Shown piece by piece: positions 9,271 to 18,873 of a stretch of DNA of 64,000 nucleotides. Below the pieces are notes generated by a model that was not told where the DNA came from, searched no databases, and saw only the letters and a program-made list of their open reading frames with translations. Position 1 is the stretch's first letter. Each line of letters opens with the position of its first letter. The DNA is from Actinomycetota bacterium (lineage in GTDB: Bacteria > Actinomycetota > Actinomycetes > S36-B12). Location: positions 3,745-67,744 of the forward strand of contig JAFMCH010000001.1 of NCBI GenBank assembly GCA_017857875.1, given 5' to 3'. Both the position numbers and the translations under genes were made by a program.

Positions 9271-10434
9271 ATGGATTTCGAATTCAGCGAGGAACAGCGC
9301 GATTTTCAGAGCACGCTGCGGGATTTCGTCGACAAGGAAATCAAGCCGGTCGCCAGTGAAATGGAGCGAAGTGGGGAGTACCCCACCGAGATCGTCGACA
9401 AGCTCAAGGCCATGGGGCTGTTTGGCATGACGATTCCCGAAGAGTACGGCGGCCTCGATCTTGACCCAGTCTCATTTGCGATCGTCTTCGAGGAGATTGC
9501 ACGCGGGTGGATGGGCATCGCAGGCACCCTTGGCAGCCATTCGTTGTCGTGCTGGATGATCGCCCACTTCGGCACCGAGGATCAAAAAGCCCGCTACCTG
9601 CCGCAGTTGGCTACCGGCGAGCGTCGCACCGGCGTTGGCCTGACAGAGCCAGATGCGGGTACCGATCTGCAGGGTATTCGCACCACGGCGGTGCTCGACG
9701 GTGACCACTACATCGTCAACGGAAGCAAGACCTGGATCACCAATGCCCGGCACGCCGATCCACTGCCCATCATGGTCAAGACTGATCCTCAGGCAGATCC
9801 TCGCCACCGCGGCATGAGCATCTTGTTGATGGATGCCGACACTCCCGGCTATGAAGTCCTGCGGGATATCGGCAAACTCGGTTACAAGGGTCCGGAGTCC
9901 TGTGAGGTCGTGATGACCAACGCGCGTGTTCCGGTGGCGAATCTGCTCGGCGGCGTTGAAGGTCGCGGCATGCAACAGGCGCTGCCGGCATTGGAGTCAG
10001 GTCGTGTCAACATCGCCGCTCGCTCAGTGGGCATCGCACAAGCATCCTTCGACGCTGCACTCGACTACGCACGCGAGCGCACTGCGTTTGGTCAGCCGAT
10101 TGCAGACTTCCAGGCTATTCAACTGAAGTTGGCCGACATCGCCACGGAACTTCAGGCCGCACGGCTGATGACCTACTGGGCGGCAAGCGAACAGGCCGGT
10201 GGCAAGCGCGCCGACATGCAATCTGGCATGGCGAAGTATTTCTCCTCTGAGGTGGCCATTAAGGCTTCACTCGAGGCCATGCGCATTCACGGTGGCTACG
10301 GCTACTCCACTGAATACGTAGTGGAGCGCCTCTATCGCGACGCCCCGCTGATGGCTATCGGTGAAGGCACGAACGACATCATGCGCATGGTGATCGCCAA
10401 GTCCTTGGTTTCTGGGCGCGACTCGATCGGATGA
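9271..10434 (+). CDS. Acyl-CoA dehydrogenase
   Basis: 387 aa with GLTEPDAGTDL, the DGDHYIVNGSKTWITN block and a C-terminal GEGTNDIMRMVIA motif. Confidence 0.9.
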   Translation: MDFEFSEEQRDFQSTLRDFVDKEIKPVASEMERSGEYPTEIVDKLKAMGLFGMTIPEEYGGLDLDPVSFAIVFEEIARGWMGIAGTLGSHSLSCWMIAHFGTEDQKARYLPQLATGERRTGVGLTEPDAGTDLQGIRTTAVLDGDHYIVNGSKTWITNARHADPLPIMVKTDPQADPRHRGMSILLMDADTPGYEVLRDIGKLGYKGPESCEVVMTNARVPVANLLGGVEGRGMQQALPALESGRVNIAARSVGIAQASFDAALDYARERTAFGQPIADFQAIQLKLADIATELQAARLMTYWAASEQAGGKRADMQSGMAKYFSSEVAIKASLEAMRIHGGYGYSTEYVVERLYRDAPLMAIGEGTNDIMRMVIAKSLVSGRDSIG

Positions 10435-11273
10435 TCCCACGCAGTTGGCTCTACGTACCTGCTGACGACCCCGTCCGGCTGGCCAAGGCGGCCGGACGGG
10501 GAGCAGATGCACTCATCATCGACCTCGAAGATGGCGTTGCGCCCAATGCGAAGTCGAAGGCTCGCGAACACCTCGCCGACTTCTTGACGACGTCGACTGG
10601 TAACGACGTTCCGGCACTATGGGTACGGGTCAATAGCGATCCGGAATTGCTCGAGGAAGATCTGGTCGCCGCATTGCGGCCGGGCCTTTCTGGAATCGTC
10701 ATGGCTAAAGCGGAGTCACCCGACCTGATCAATTCAGTGGCAGAACGCCTGCGAAGTAGCGGCCTAGGCGAACTGGGTTTGATGCCATTGGTCGAGACCG
10801 GCCTCGCGGTCTTCAGCGTTGCCGATCTCGCCTCGGTACCGGGTGTGACACATCTGCAGGTGGGCGAGGCTGACCTGAGAGCCGACATGCACATCACTTT
10901 TGGACCTGATGAGTCCGAACTCTTGCTTGTCCGCCAACGCGTTGTGATCGTCTGCGCCGCGCTGGGTTTGCCTGCTCCGATTGCACCGGTGAGTGTTGAG
11001 TTTCGAGATCTCGATGTCTTCCGGGCAGGCACACAACGCCTCGCCCGAATGGGATATGTGGGTCGCGCCTGCATTCATCCTGCGCAGGTCGCAATCGCGA
11101 ATGAGGAATTCACGCCGACCGCCGCAGAACTTGAGCAGGCCCGACAGCTCATCAGCCAGGCCGATGAAGCAGCGGCGGCTGGGCGGGGTGCCTTCGTGGA
11201 TGCCGATGGCCGCATGGTCGATGAGGCCATCATCCGCTCAGCACGCCGAATCGTGAATCTAGGCACGCGATAA
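10431..11273 (+). CDS. HpcH/HpaI aldolase / citrate lyase beta-like (CitE-like acyl-CoA lyase)
   Basis: ATGA overlap with the preceding gene. N-terminus SWLYVPADDP...ALIIDLEDGV, and the IHPAQV motif near the C-terminus. Confidence 0.8.
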   Translation: MIPRSWLYVPADDPVRLAKAAGRGADALIIDLEDGVAPNAKSKAREHLADFLTTSTGNDVPALWVRVNSDPELLEEDLVAALRPGLSGIVMAKAESPDLINSVAERLRSSGLGELGLMPLVETGLAVFSVADLASVPGVTHLQVGEADLRADMHITFGPDESELLLVRQRVVIVCAALGLPAPIAPVSVEFRDLDVFRAGTQRLARMGYVGRACIHPAQVAIANEEFTPTAAELEQARQLISQADEAAAAGRGAFVDADGRMVDEAIIRSARRIVNLGTR

Positions 11274-11751
11274 ATCGATAAAGTCGCGTCAACTCAGCAG
11301 CGGACATCGTCTCTCCCGGTGAATTACGAACTCACAAGAACCCATAATCCTTGAACATTGCTCATCGCCAGAAGCGCAACAGATCAACCACATTTCACAA
11401 CCGAAATATCCGACCAAATGGCTTTGCATCAGCTATGCTTCTTCGTGAAGTGAACCTGACCTAAGTGCGTTCGATCCGCACTGGGAAGGACAATGTTTCT
11501 GGTCTTCACAAAGACCCGAATCACGCCAAGTTACATCATCATCGAAATCTGTGGCCTCTTTCGACGACTACGCTCTTAATTCACATGCCGGCAGGGCTTA
11601 ACAAAGCTTACGGTCGTCTATTTTCTCTACACAAAAAGGGATTCACATGCCGCAGAAAAATTGTTCACGACCAAAAAGTGACCGAGTTGTCCGCTGCAGT
11701 CGAAGCCGAGGCTAATACCCACAGTTTCAGGTGCGACAGAAAGGGATCGAC

Positions 11752-12210
11752 ATGCCAACATCTGCATCTGATAGTGGCGATCGTAACGATGGAAAATGGG
11801 ACGTTTTTGATCTGCCAGTAAATCGTTTGCTAGGAAGTGTAGACCCGCACATCAGAACCATCTTCGAGGATTACATTCAGTACACGATATTTAATGAACG
11901 CCCGCTGGCCCTTGACCTGAAAACTCGCTACCTGGTCCTCGTCGCGATTACGACTGCAGTTCGCGGTGATCGCGAGGGCATTGAATGGAGTTCCCAGCTA
12001 GCAACCAAGTACGGGGCATCAGAGCGGGAAATACTTGAAGCCATTTCGTTGACAAACCTTCCGGCAGGCACGCCTGCCATGGAATACGCCGCGGTGGTTT
12101 GGTATCAAATGAAGCGAGGAGAGGCGCTCGTTGCGCGAGAAGGGACCGAAACACGAGAGCGTGGCTTCACTGCATGGGATTCATGGACCCGCAAAGAGAC
12201 AATCAACTGA
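11752..12210 (+). CDS. Carboxymuconolactone decarboxylase (CMD/AhpD-like) family protein, Cys-free
   Basis: ATG 11752 is preceded by AAAGGGA (the ORF track starts at GTG 11731). CMD-like core LKTRYLVLVAITTAVRGDREGIEW. The protein has no cysteine. Confidence 0.65.
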   Translation: MPTSASDSGDRNDGKWDVFDLPVNRLLGSVDPHIRTIFEDYIQYTIFNERPLALDLKTRYLVLVAITTAVRGDREGIEWSSQLATKYGASEREILEAISLTNLPAGTPAMEYAAVVWYQMKRGEALVAREGTETRERGFTAWDSWTRKETIN

Positions 12211-12376
12211 AGTAGTAGCGAAACAAGTGTGAATCTTGATCCTCAAGCCAGAGTTTCATCAGGTGGCATTATTGATAGCTGTGGCCTCGGCACGAGTATC
12301 AAGAAATCCCCTACTAGCAAATGTCGTCCCCCAGGAACAAGGCGATCTAGCCACGTGACCAAAGTGAGGCCCGCGA

Positions 12377-12952
12377 ATGACATTCTCGAAAATTCCCATA
12401 GAGAATCTTCCTCCCGCTTTCCGCCAAAAGGTCGAGAGTGTTGAAGCGCTCGGCGGTGATCCGAGTTTCTTTCAATTTGCTGCCAATGCAAATCACATCG
12501 TTGAATTTTACTGGACACATTTCTATGGAGATGTCTTCTTCAGCGGTATTCTGCCAGTCCGAATCAAGGAACTAGTCAGGCTTCGTCTCACCCTTCACTC
12601 AGGATGTAATTTTTGTCAAATAGGTGACAGCGCTTCAGCTGTTAAACATGGAGTATCACCCGATGAGATTCAAATGCTCCTGGACCCGGGCCAAGACCTT
12701 AATTTCCTCAGCGCCACCGAACAAGCAGCGATGAAATTCGCCGATCTTGTAGCATCAAGTCAGCCGGTGACGACTATTGATACAGAACTTCATGACGAAC
12801 TGACTGCTCACTTTTCCGACAGTGAACTTGTGGAACTCTTCACCATCATCGGTGTTTTGACTGGCATGGGCCGTATGTTGGTAGCTTCCGGCTTCGTTCA
12901 GGCATCTTGTGCCATGTCAAGCGTTCCGTCTGCCCAGACAAAAAATCCCTAA
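12377..12952 (+). CDS. CMD/AhpD-like family protein with CxxC motif
   Basis: 191 aa with the motif LHSGCNFCQIGDSASA at the position typical of AhpD-like redox proteins. Confidence 0.7.
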   Translation: MTFSKIPIENLPPAFRQKVESVEALGGDPSFFQFAANANHIVEFYWTHFYGDVFFSGILPVRIKELVRLRLTLHSGCNFCQIGDSASAVKHGVSPDEIQMLLDPGQDLNFLSATEQAAMKFADLVASSQPVTTIDTELHDELTAHFSDSELVELFTIIGVLTGMGRMLVASGFVQASCAMSSVPSAQTKNP

Positions 12953-13155
12953 GGTGCTGGCATCAGATCGGAGTCTCGAGGGGATATTGGTGGAATTGGG
13001 GGAAAGAGAGAAGAATTGCCTGTCACTGAAGACATGCGCGATGAGATCCCATAGCCGTGGGAGTTTCAATTTGAGCGCATCACGTTTTGTGCCTGCGATT
13101 TTCTGCGTCTCACACACTCGTTTCCTGCCGTGGGACTCATTCGGGTGCGGAAATA

Positions 13156-14145
13156 ATGCGGCAGATGGCCTTGCGCAATTCCATTTGGATCGTTAGTCCA
13201 ATGGTAACGCGGATCCCCGAAGGCAATCCGCCGGCGTTTCCGAGTGCGCGCAGGGTGCCCGCTAGATTCCTTGTCGGCCTTATCGTGGTCGCTATTGCAG
13301 CAATCCTAGGCCTAAATTTAGTCGCGCTCAAGGTCGCTATCCTGGCCTCCGACCCCGTAACAGCTCAGGCCTTTTCAATGATTCCTGCCATAGTCGGAAT
13401 GCTTGTTTATGCAAGAGCGGCAAAAGAACCCATTCGCCTTGCTCGCAGATGGTGGCCTGCCGCTGGCGCTATGGCGGTGTCACTCACGGTGGTATCAACG
13501 CTGGGCATAGCCTTCGGCGTCCAGCGGGTCAGTGCTGGCATTGCTGCGCTGATGATAAGCACGACACCCATTATCGCGCTTGTCCTGGAGACGATCGTTT
13601 TTCGCCAGCGACGATCCTGGCACGGCTATGCAGGTGTTGTGATCGGTTTTTTGGGCGTTGCGGGAGTTGCACTAGTCGAACGACAAATCGGTGGAGACGC
13701 TCAACTTCTTGGTATCTTTTCCCTCCTGCTTGGAGCGTTTGGTTGGGCCTTAGGACTTATTCTCATGAAGGCAGCCGCAAACACAGCTCCGCGGTCAACA
13801 CTTCTGGCTTGGACGTTCATCATTGGCGCGCCAGTGCTATTCGCAATTGGTGGACTTTCGAACGGCCTTTACGTGGCTTGGAGTTGGACGGTGGCGCTTG
13901 CAATAATGTATGCGGGAGTGTTTGCTAAGACGCTTAGTTTCCTATTGCAGATAACAGCCGTTCGGCTCGGCTCGCCAGTTCACGCAAGTCTCACTGCTTT
14001 CCTGATGCCTGTATTCGGGGCTCTAGCTGGCTTCTTGCTGTTGGGTGAAAGAATTGAAACAAGCCAGATGATTGCAGCACTTCCGCTTCTGCTCGGGGTG
14101 GGCTTAGTACTTCGTTCGTCAGTCACTGTTCAACATTTGCCTTAA
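13156..14145 (+). CDS. DMT superfamily (EamA-like) transporter
   Basis: About 10 TM segments in two EamA-like halves, with C-terminal LLLGERIETSQMIAALPLLLGVGLV. Start is uncertain (13087, 13156, 13165 or 13201). Confidence 0.75.
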   Translation: MRQMALRNSIWIVSPMVTRIPEGNPPAFPSARRVPARFLVGLIVVAIAAILGLNLVALKVAILASDPVTAQAFSMIPAIVGMLVYARAAKEPIRLARRWWPAAGAMAVSLTVVSTLGIAFGVQRVSAGIAALMISTTPIIALVLETIVFRQRRSWHGYAGVVIGFLGVAGVALVERQIGGDAQLLGIFSLLLGAFGWALGLILMKAAANTAPRSTLLAWTFIIGAPVLFAIGGLSNGLYVAWSWTVALAIMYAGVFAKTLSFLLQITAVRLGSPVHASLTAFLMPVFGALAGFLLLGERIETSQMIAALPLLLGVGLVLRSSVTVQHLP

Positions 14146-14318
14146 CTGATAGATAACTCAGTTTCACCTTCATCTACCGGTAGTCCTGCGGTTGATGCCT
14201 CGCTGTGGCGAGATCCGACCTAGATTTTGCTCCAAATTGATTATGCGCTACCCAGAGACTTGGTCCTTGCAGATGCTGTCATGTCACATCTGTGATGGCC
14301 AAGCAGCGAATGACTGGA

Positions 14319-14675
14319 CTATCTCCAGGTACGAGTGGGTGGTGACTTAATCTCCAACCAGACTGCTTCTTCGTCCATTGCTCTGAGCGAATGATAAACG
14401 CCAATTGGATGCAAAAACCCATCGCCAGGGCCCAATTGACTCGTAACTTCACCAACGGTCATGCTCACTCGTCCTCGCACAACGTACCCCACGCTCTCGT
14501 GGTCGTGGACGTGTTGAGGCGAACTCTGCCCAGCAGGCATGGTGACCTCAACCATAAGCATGTTTTGACCCTCGCCCAAGACTCGAATCAAGGCATGCCT
14601 ACTAAGTGGGTGGCCTTCAACTTGGGTGATTCGAATCTCTTCGCAGTCGTCTCGATGGATTGCGTTTTTCATCAT
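14319..14675 (-). CDS. Cupin domain protein
   Basis: Cupin metal motif HVHDHESVGYVVRG...HPIGVYHS. ATG 14675 overlaps the stop of the upstream gene as ATGA, so the ORF-track start at 14747 is an over-extension. Confidence 0.75.
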   Translation of the reverse strand: MMKNAIHRDDCEEIRITQVEGHPLSRHALIRVLGEGQNMLMVEVTMPAGQSSPQHVHDHESVGYVVRGRVSMTVGEVTSQLGPGDGFLHPIGVYHSLRAMDEEAVWLEIKSPPTRTWR

Positions 14676-15433
14676 CAGTACTCCCTCAGCAACGTTCCGA
14701 ACCCATTCATCTGGTCTGTAAATCCGCAGGAGCGGAGAGCATGCCACACCGTGACCGCGTTAATTGCCATGACTGGCTTGTTCAACCAACGCTCAGCCTC
14801 ATCTGCTAATCGCAGCATCGACAAGTTGGTACCGACCTGCACAATTGCCTCGATGTCTGGACCATCAATCTCCTGAAGTGTGTGACGGACCCGCGCCTCG
14901 TCAACCTCAGCGATAGCTGTTGCAGACGAACACTTCAACCCCAGCACCCGCACCACATCTAGTCCAATATCGGAAAAGTACTTGCGTGCCTGCTCGTCCG
15001 CCACCGGTTGGTACGGAGTGATCACCGCAATCTTTGAGATCCCCAAAGTGCGTGCTCCCTCTCCACAGGCCGCTGCTCCTGTCGTGACATTGAGGCCATC
15101 TGAAAGCTTTCGAACTCTGGCGACAAAAGCTTCATTTCCTTGCCTACCACCCCAGAAGGTTTCAGCAGACATTCCCATTACTAGATGATCAGGCTTGCAC
15201 GTCATAACATCGCGAACAGCAGTCTCCGTGGTTGCTCGAATCTGTGCAATCAAATCCTCGAATGCTTCGTTGTCAGCAGCATTAGGCTGATCGACATACA
15301 TGCGGCCAAAGTGAAAAGTGACTCCAGGAGGGCGCATGACAGAGTAATCATGTTCAACAACGGTGTTCGTCGAAGGGATTATGACGCCCATCTTGCATCG
15401 GTATCCCACGACATCTGGCATGAACTCCTCCAT
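14675..15433 (-). CDS. Asp/Glu racemase superfamily protein, maleate cis-trans isomerase / arylmalonate decarboxylase-like
   Basis: IIPSTNTVVEHD, FHFGRMYV and KIAVITPY blocks match the MaiA/AMDase family as I recall it. Both catalytic-Cys positions appear to hold non-Cys residues (see findings). Confidence 0.65.
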   Translation of the reverse strand: MEEFMPDVVGYRCKMGVIIPSTNTVVEHDYSVMRPPGVTFHFGRMYVDQPNAADNEAFEDLIAQIRATTETAVRDVMTCKPDHLVMGMSAETFWGGRQGNEAFVARVRKLSDGLNVTTGAAACGEGARTLGISKIAVITPYQPVADEQARKYFSDIGLDVVRVLGLKCSSATAIAEVDEARVRHTLQEIDGPDIEAIVQVGTNLSMLRLADEAERWLNKPVMAINAVTVWHALRSCGFTDQMNGFGTLLREY

Positions 15434-16045
15434 TCATTTCGGCAACAAAAACTTCCGGCCAGGATACCGCCTTTGCGAACACACCGATGAACGTTTGACG
15501 TTCTGATACATTCACTTTCAAGCGCGATCGTGCTTCGATCCCTCGGAAGAAATTTGTATATCCGTGTGGCCTAACAGCGACCCAGAGGCCTGGAAGTCAA
15601 CTCGACTGCGGAGACCTAACAGCCCACCTCGTTACGGAAGAAGGTCCCTATTCAGTGGACGAATCGCTGGTCCGAAGGTTCTTTGGGACGGGTGGTGGGC
15701 GTTGCTCGAAACATGCTCACGAGTACGACAGAGCCGATATGCTATATATGGGTTTTGCTCGCGCGTTCGTGGGTGACCAGATTGTGAGGGTCGAACGTGG
15801 CAAACCCCATCTTCACCCTGATGTCGTTAAGGAATTGCACACAGATGTTTTGGGCAGACGGTTCATTCAAATTTCGCTTCCAACCATCGACGTACGGCAA
15901 GGATGAAGAAAGAGGGCTGGGTACCCCACACATCGGACTTGACTCAGCTGGCGTAGGGAAAGGTTGGTTCAAATCCAAATAGTGAATTCCTCGTTCCCAC
16001 GCAGTCACCACGGCGTATCAACCAATCCCGAGAGGCAGTCGCGCA

Positions 16046-16465
16046 GTGAAAACAAGTAATGCAGGGTCTAGTGACCTACTAACCGCTACCGCTGGAGCCT
16101 TTTGTCTTATTGACAACTGGCGCGTTGCGCTTGATCAGCGTGACCAATTTCTCGACTACTACATCCGTAACGTCGCGAAGGTCATTGAAACGTTTGATGG
16201 CTACCTGAATGGTCGAGTTCTCGTTAGCGACCCCTCGTCTTCGCTCAGCTGGCATGTTCAAGCACTGTATGAATTTGAAACGGACGACGTATTGGATCAT
16301 TTCCACTCGACCTTCGATCGTCAAATTAAACGAGTAAACGTCGAACTGTCCCTCGAAAAAGTTCTGGATGGTCTTGATCCATGGGTATTGGCCCACGAAG
16401 ACGGCACGCTAACGGAAGTCTGGTGTGGCCTAACTTCGCGCACAGCATCCGAAAACAAGCGGTGA
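16046..16465 (+). CDS. Hypothetical small protein (possibly ABM/Dabb-type ferredoxin-like fold)
   Basis: 139-aa ORF with a GTG start, isolated between 612-bp and 406-bp spacers. The fold guess rests on a weak pattern only. Confidence 0.4.
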   Translation: MKTSNAGSSDLLTATAGAFCLIDNWRVALDQRDQFLDYYIRNVAKVIETFDGYLNGRVLVSDPSSSLSWHVQALYEFETDDVLDHFHSTFDRQIKRVNVELSLEKVLDGLDPWVLAHEDGTLTEVWCGLTSRTASENKR

Positions 16466-16871
16466 TGGGCAGGCCAGAGTCTTATGCTCTTGTTAACGCG
16501 CAGTATTTTCTTCTGGCAGCATCGCGCTTTTTCGATCAAGTCTCAATGGGAGTCCCAGTCGCCAGCGTGGCGAGCGGACGGGGGCCGATCATGTCGGAAA
16601 CAGCACCAAGTTCGAAATCGCTTTGAACATTGACGGACACGCCCGAATCGTGCTTCCCAGAATCATCGATTTCTCGAACCCCGGTGGGAATCCTGGATTG
16701 CTTGAGCATCGGACACAGACTGACTACGATCTTGCGCACAGATGCGAGTCCAGAAAGAACCAGCCAAGCCAACGTTCCTACGATCGAAACGCACCTTCCT
16801 AAGTGGGTACGAATTCCACGGACAGGTCGAAACGCGCCGAGTTCACCCTTTCGACCTTTTACAGAACAAGT

Positions 16872-17885
16872 TTAGCCAGGACGATCCCCGACGGTCCGAT
16901 TCGAGTCGGCCACAATGTTCCAGTCGTCGTCATTTAATGGTGCGCGAATGCAACGTCCATAGTGCTTCGAGCCCAGGACGCGAAGCACGCTTGGATCGGA
17001 GCGACACTTGTCCATACGAAGGGGACAACGACCGTAAAGAAAACACCCTTCGGGCAACTGAGTGGGATCGGGAATTTCGCCTGAGAGCATTCGTAGTCGC
17101 GACGGCGAAACAGAAACATCCGAGTCAAGAAATGCGGCCAGAAGCGCCTGTGTGTAAGGGTCTTGGGGATTTTGGACAACTGCCTCAAGGGGCCCCTGCT
17201 CTCGAATCTGACCCAAGTACAACACTGCAACTCGATGAGCCAAATAAGAAACCGTGGACAAATCATGCGAAATATACAAATAGGAAAGTCCATGAGTCTC
17301 CTGCAGATCATGAAGAATTTCCAAGATTTGCGCTTGCACAGAAAGGTCAAGTGAAGACGTGGGCTCATCCAAAACTACTAGGGCTGGTCGCGTGATTAGT
17401 GCGCGGGCAATGCCCACTCGCTGTTGCTGCCCACCGGAGAGTCCTCGTGGTAGGCGCTCAGCCTGATCAGCATTGAGTCCCACTTCTTCAAGTGTTGCAC
17501 GCACCCTGTCGCGCAGATCGGCTCGCGACAGTGAAGGCTCATGAATCTCAAGTGGCTCTGCAACAATGTCACCAACACGCATCTTTGGATTCAGTGATTC
17601 GTAGGGTTCTTGGAATACGACCTGCATCTTTGCACGCATGGCGCGGAGTTCTGAATTGCTCAAGGTCAGCAGATCCGTGCCGTCAATTTTAATGGTGCCA
17701 GCGTCAGGCTCGATTAAGCGCAGGATGAGCCTGCCAATGGTGGACTTACCTGATCCGCTCTCACCAATTAACGCCAATGTTTCGCCACGGTCAATCTCCA
17801 AAGACACATCATTCACTGCATGAACAGTGCCTCGTCCGGTCCTTGGGAAGGACTTAGTCAAACCCTCAACTGTTAACAGTGGCAT
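16872..17885 (-). CDS. Peptide/nickel-type ABC transporter ATP-binding protein (DppF/OppF-like)
   Basis: Walker A GESGSGKST, signature LSGGQQQR, Walker B VVLDEPTS. ATG 17885 is preceded by AGGAGG; the ORF-track start at 17990 overlaps the upstream gene by 125 nt. Confidence 0.85.
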   Translation of the reverse strand: MPLLTVEGLTKSFPRTGRGTVHAVNDVSLEIDRGETLALIGESGSGKSTIGRLILRLIEPDAGTIKIDGTDLLTLSNSELRAMRAKMQVVFQEPYESLNPKMRVGDIVAEPLEIHEPSLSRADLRDRVRATLEEVGLNADQAERLPRGLSGGQQQRVGIARALITRPALVVLDEPTSSLDLSVQAQILEILHDLQETHGLSYLYISHDLSTVSYLAHRVAVLYLGQIREQGPLEAVVQNPQDPYTQALLAAFLDSDVSVSPSRLRMLSGEIPDPTQLPEGCFLYGRCPLRMDKCRSDPSVLRVLGSKHYGRCIRAPLNDDDWNIVADSNRTVGDRPG

Positions 17886-18873
17886 CAGCGCAGACCTCCT
17901 GCTCATTAACGTGGCATCTGACCTCTCTGACGCTTCCACCATCTGCAAACGCGGGTCGCAATTCCGGAACCTCTTTGCGACAACGGTCAATTACAAAAAC
18001 GCATCGATCTGCAAATGCGCATCCAGGTGGGTAGTCAATTAAACTAGGAACTCGACCCTCAAGGGTCTGTACTTTGGTCCCCCGCCGTGGAACTGACTGC
18101 AAGAGGCCCCGTGTGTACGGATGAGCTGGACGAGCAAAGACTTCACTGACAGCACCCGTCTCAACAACCTTTCCGGCGTACATCACCACAACCCGGTCGC
18201 AATATTGCGCGACAACACCTAAGTCGTGGGTGACAAGGAGCAAAGAACGTCCCTCGTCAACGGTTTTGCGTCGCAACAAGTCCAAGATCTGGCGTTGGAT
18301 CGTTACGTCCAACGCTGTTGTCGGTTCATCCGCCACGATGAGTTCGGGGTCCAAGATCAGTGCCAGAGCGATAACCACACGCTGGGCCATCCCACCGCTA
18401 AGTTCGTGAGCATACCCATTCAAGATTCGCTCCGGGCCTGGAATACCTACGGCTTCCAGCATCTCTACCGCGCGTTTGCGTGTCGACCGACGGGAACTTC
18501 TTCCTTCATGCGCCTTGATGACGTTGTGAAACTGCCTGTGAATCTTGTAGATCGGATTCAAGGCTGCAAAGGGATTCTGAGCGACGAAACCAATTTTGTC
18601 TCCGCGAACCTGTCTGATTTCCTTTTTCGTCATCTTAAGTAAATCTTGTCCATCGAGGAGGACCTCGCCTGCAACAACTTTTCCCGGAGGTCTAATCAGG
18701 CCCAATAAAGCCCGTATCGTGGCAGACTTTCCACAACCACTTTCGCCAACAATACCTACCATCTCTCTACGGTCAGCGCTGAACGACACCGCATTAACTG
18801 CCTTTACGATTCCACGTGCACTGTCGTAACTGGCGACAACGCCTCGCACATCCAACAACCTAGGCGTACTCAT
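17866..18873 (-). CDS. Peptide/nickel-type ABC transporter ATP-binding protein (DppD/OppD-like)
   Basis: Walker A GESGCGKS, signature LSGGMAQR, Walker B IVADEPTT. ATGA overlap with the upstream permease gene. Confidence 0.9.
   Translation of the reverse strand: MSTPRLLDVRGVVASYDSARGIVKAVNAVSFSADRREMVGIVGESGCGKSATIRALLGLIRPPGKVVAGEVLLDGQDLLKMTKKEIRQVRGDKIGFVAQNPFAALNPIYKIHRQFHNVIKAHEGRSSRRSTRKRAVEMLEAVGIPGPERILNGYAHELSGGMAQRVVIALALILDPELIVADEPTTALDVTIQRQILDLLRRKTVDEGRSLLLVTHDLGVVAQYCDRVVVMYAGKVVETGAVSEVFARPAHPYTRGLLQSVPRRGTKVQTLEGRVPSLIDYPPGCAFADRCVFVIDRCRKEVPELRPAFADGGSVREVRCHVNEQEVCADATVNS

Noticed and set aside
15964-15978. tRNA T-arm-like sequence TTGG-TTCAAAT-CCAA in the 612-bp island spacer (possible tRNA or att remnant)
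   Set aside because: I could not build an acceptor stem, an anticodon arm or a D-arm from the surrounding sequence, and the T-stem has only 4 bp. I treat it as chance or, at most, an unprovable fragment.
15655-16011. Mutually overlapping 83-aa (+) and 89-aa (-) ORFs in the spacer upstream of the isomerase-like operon
   Set aside because: Neither has an SD or a recognisable motif, and each excludes the other. I left the region as non-coding, possibly decayed gene remnants.
16536-16772. 78-aa minus-strand ORF in the 406-bp spacer after the hypothetical gene
   Set aside because: No SD or motif was seen. It could be a pseudogene remnant, but the sequence alone gives no support.
16742-17395. 217-aa plus-strand ORF overlapping the 3' half of the DppF-like ATPase gene
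   Set aside because: It lies opposite a gene with Walker A/B and signature motifs, and it has no motif of its own.
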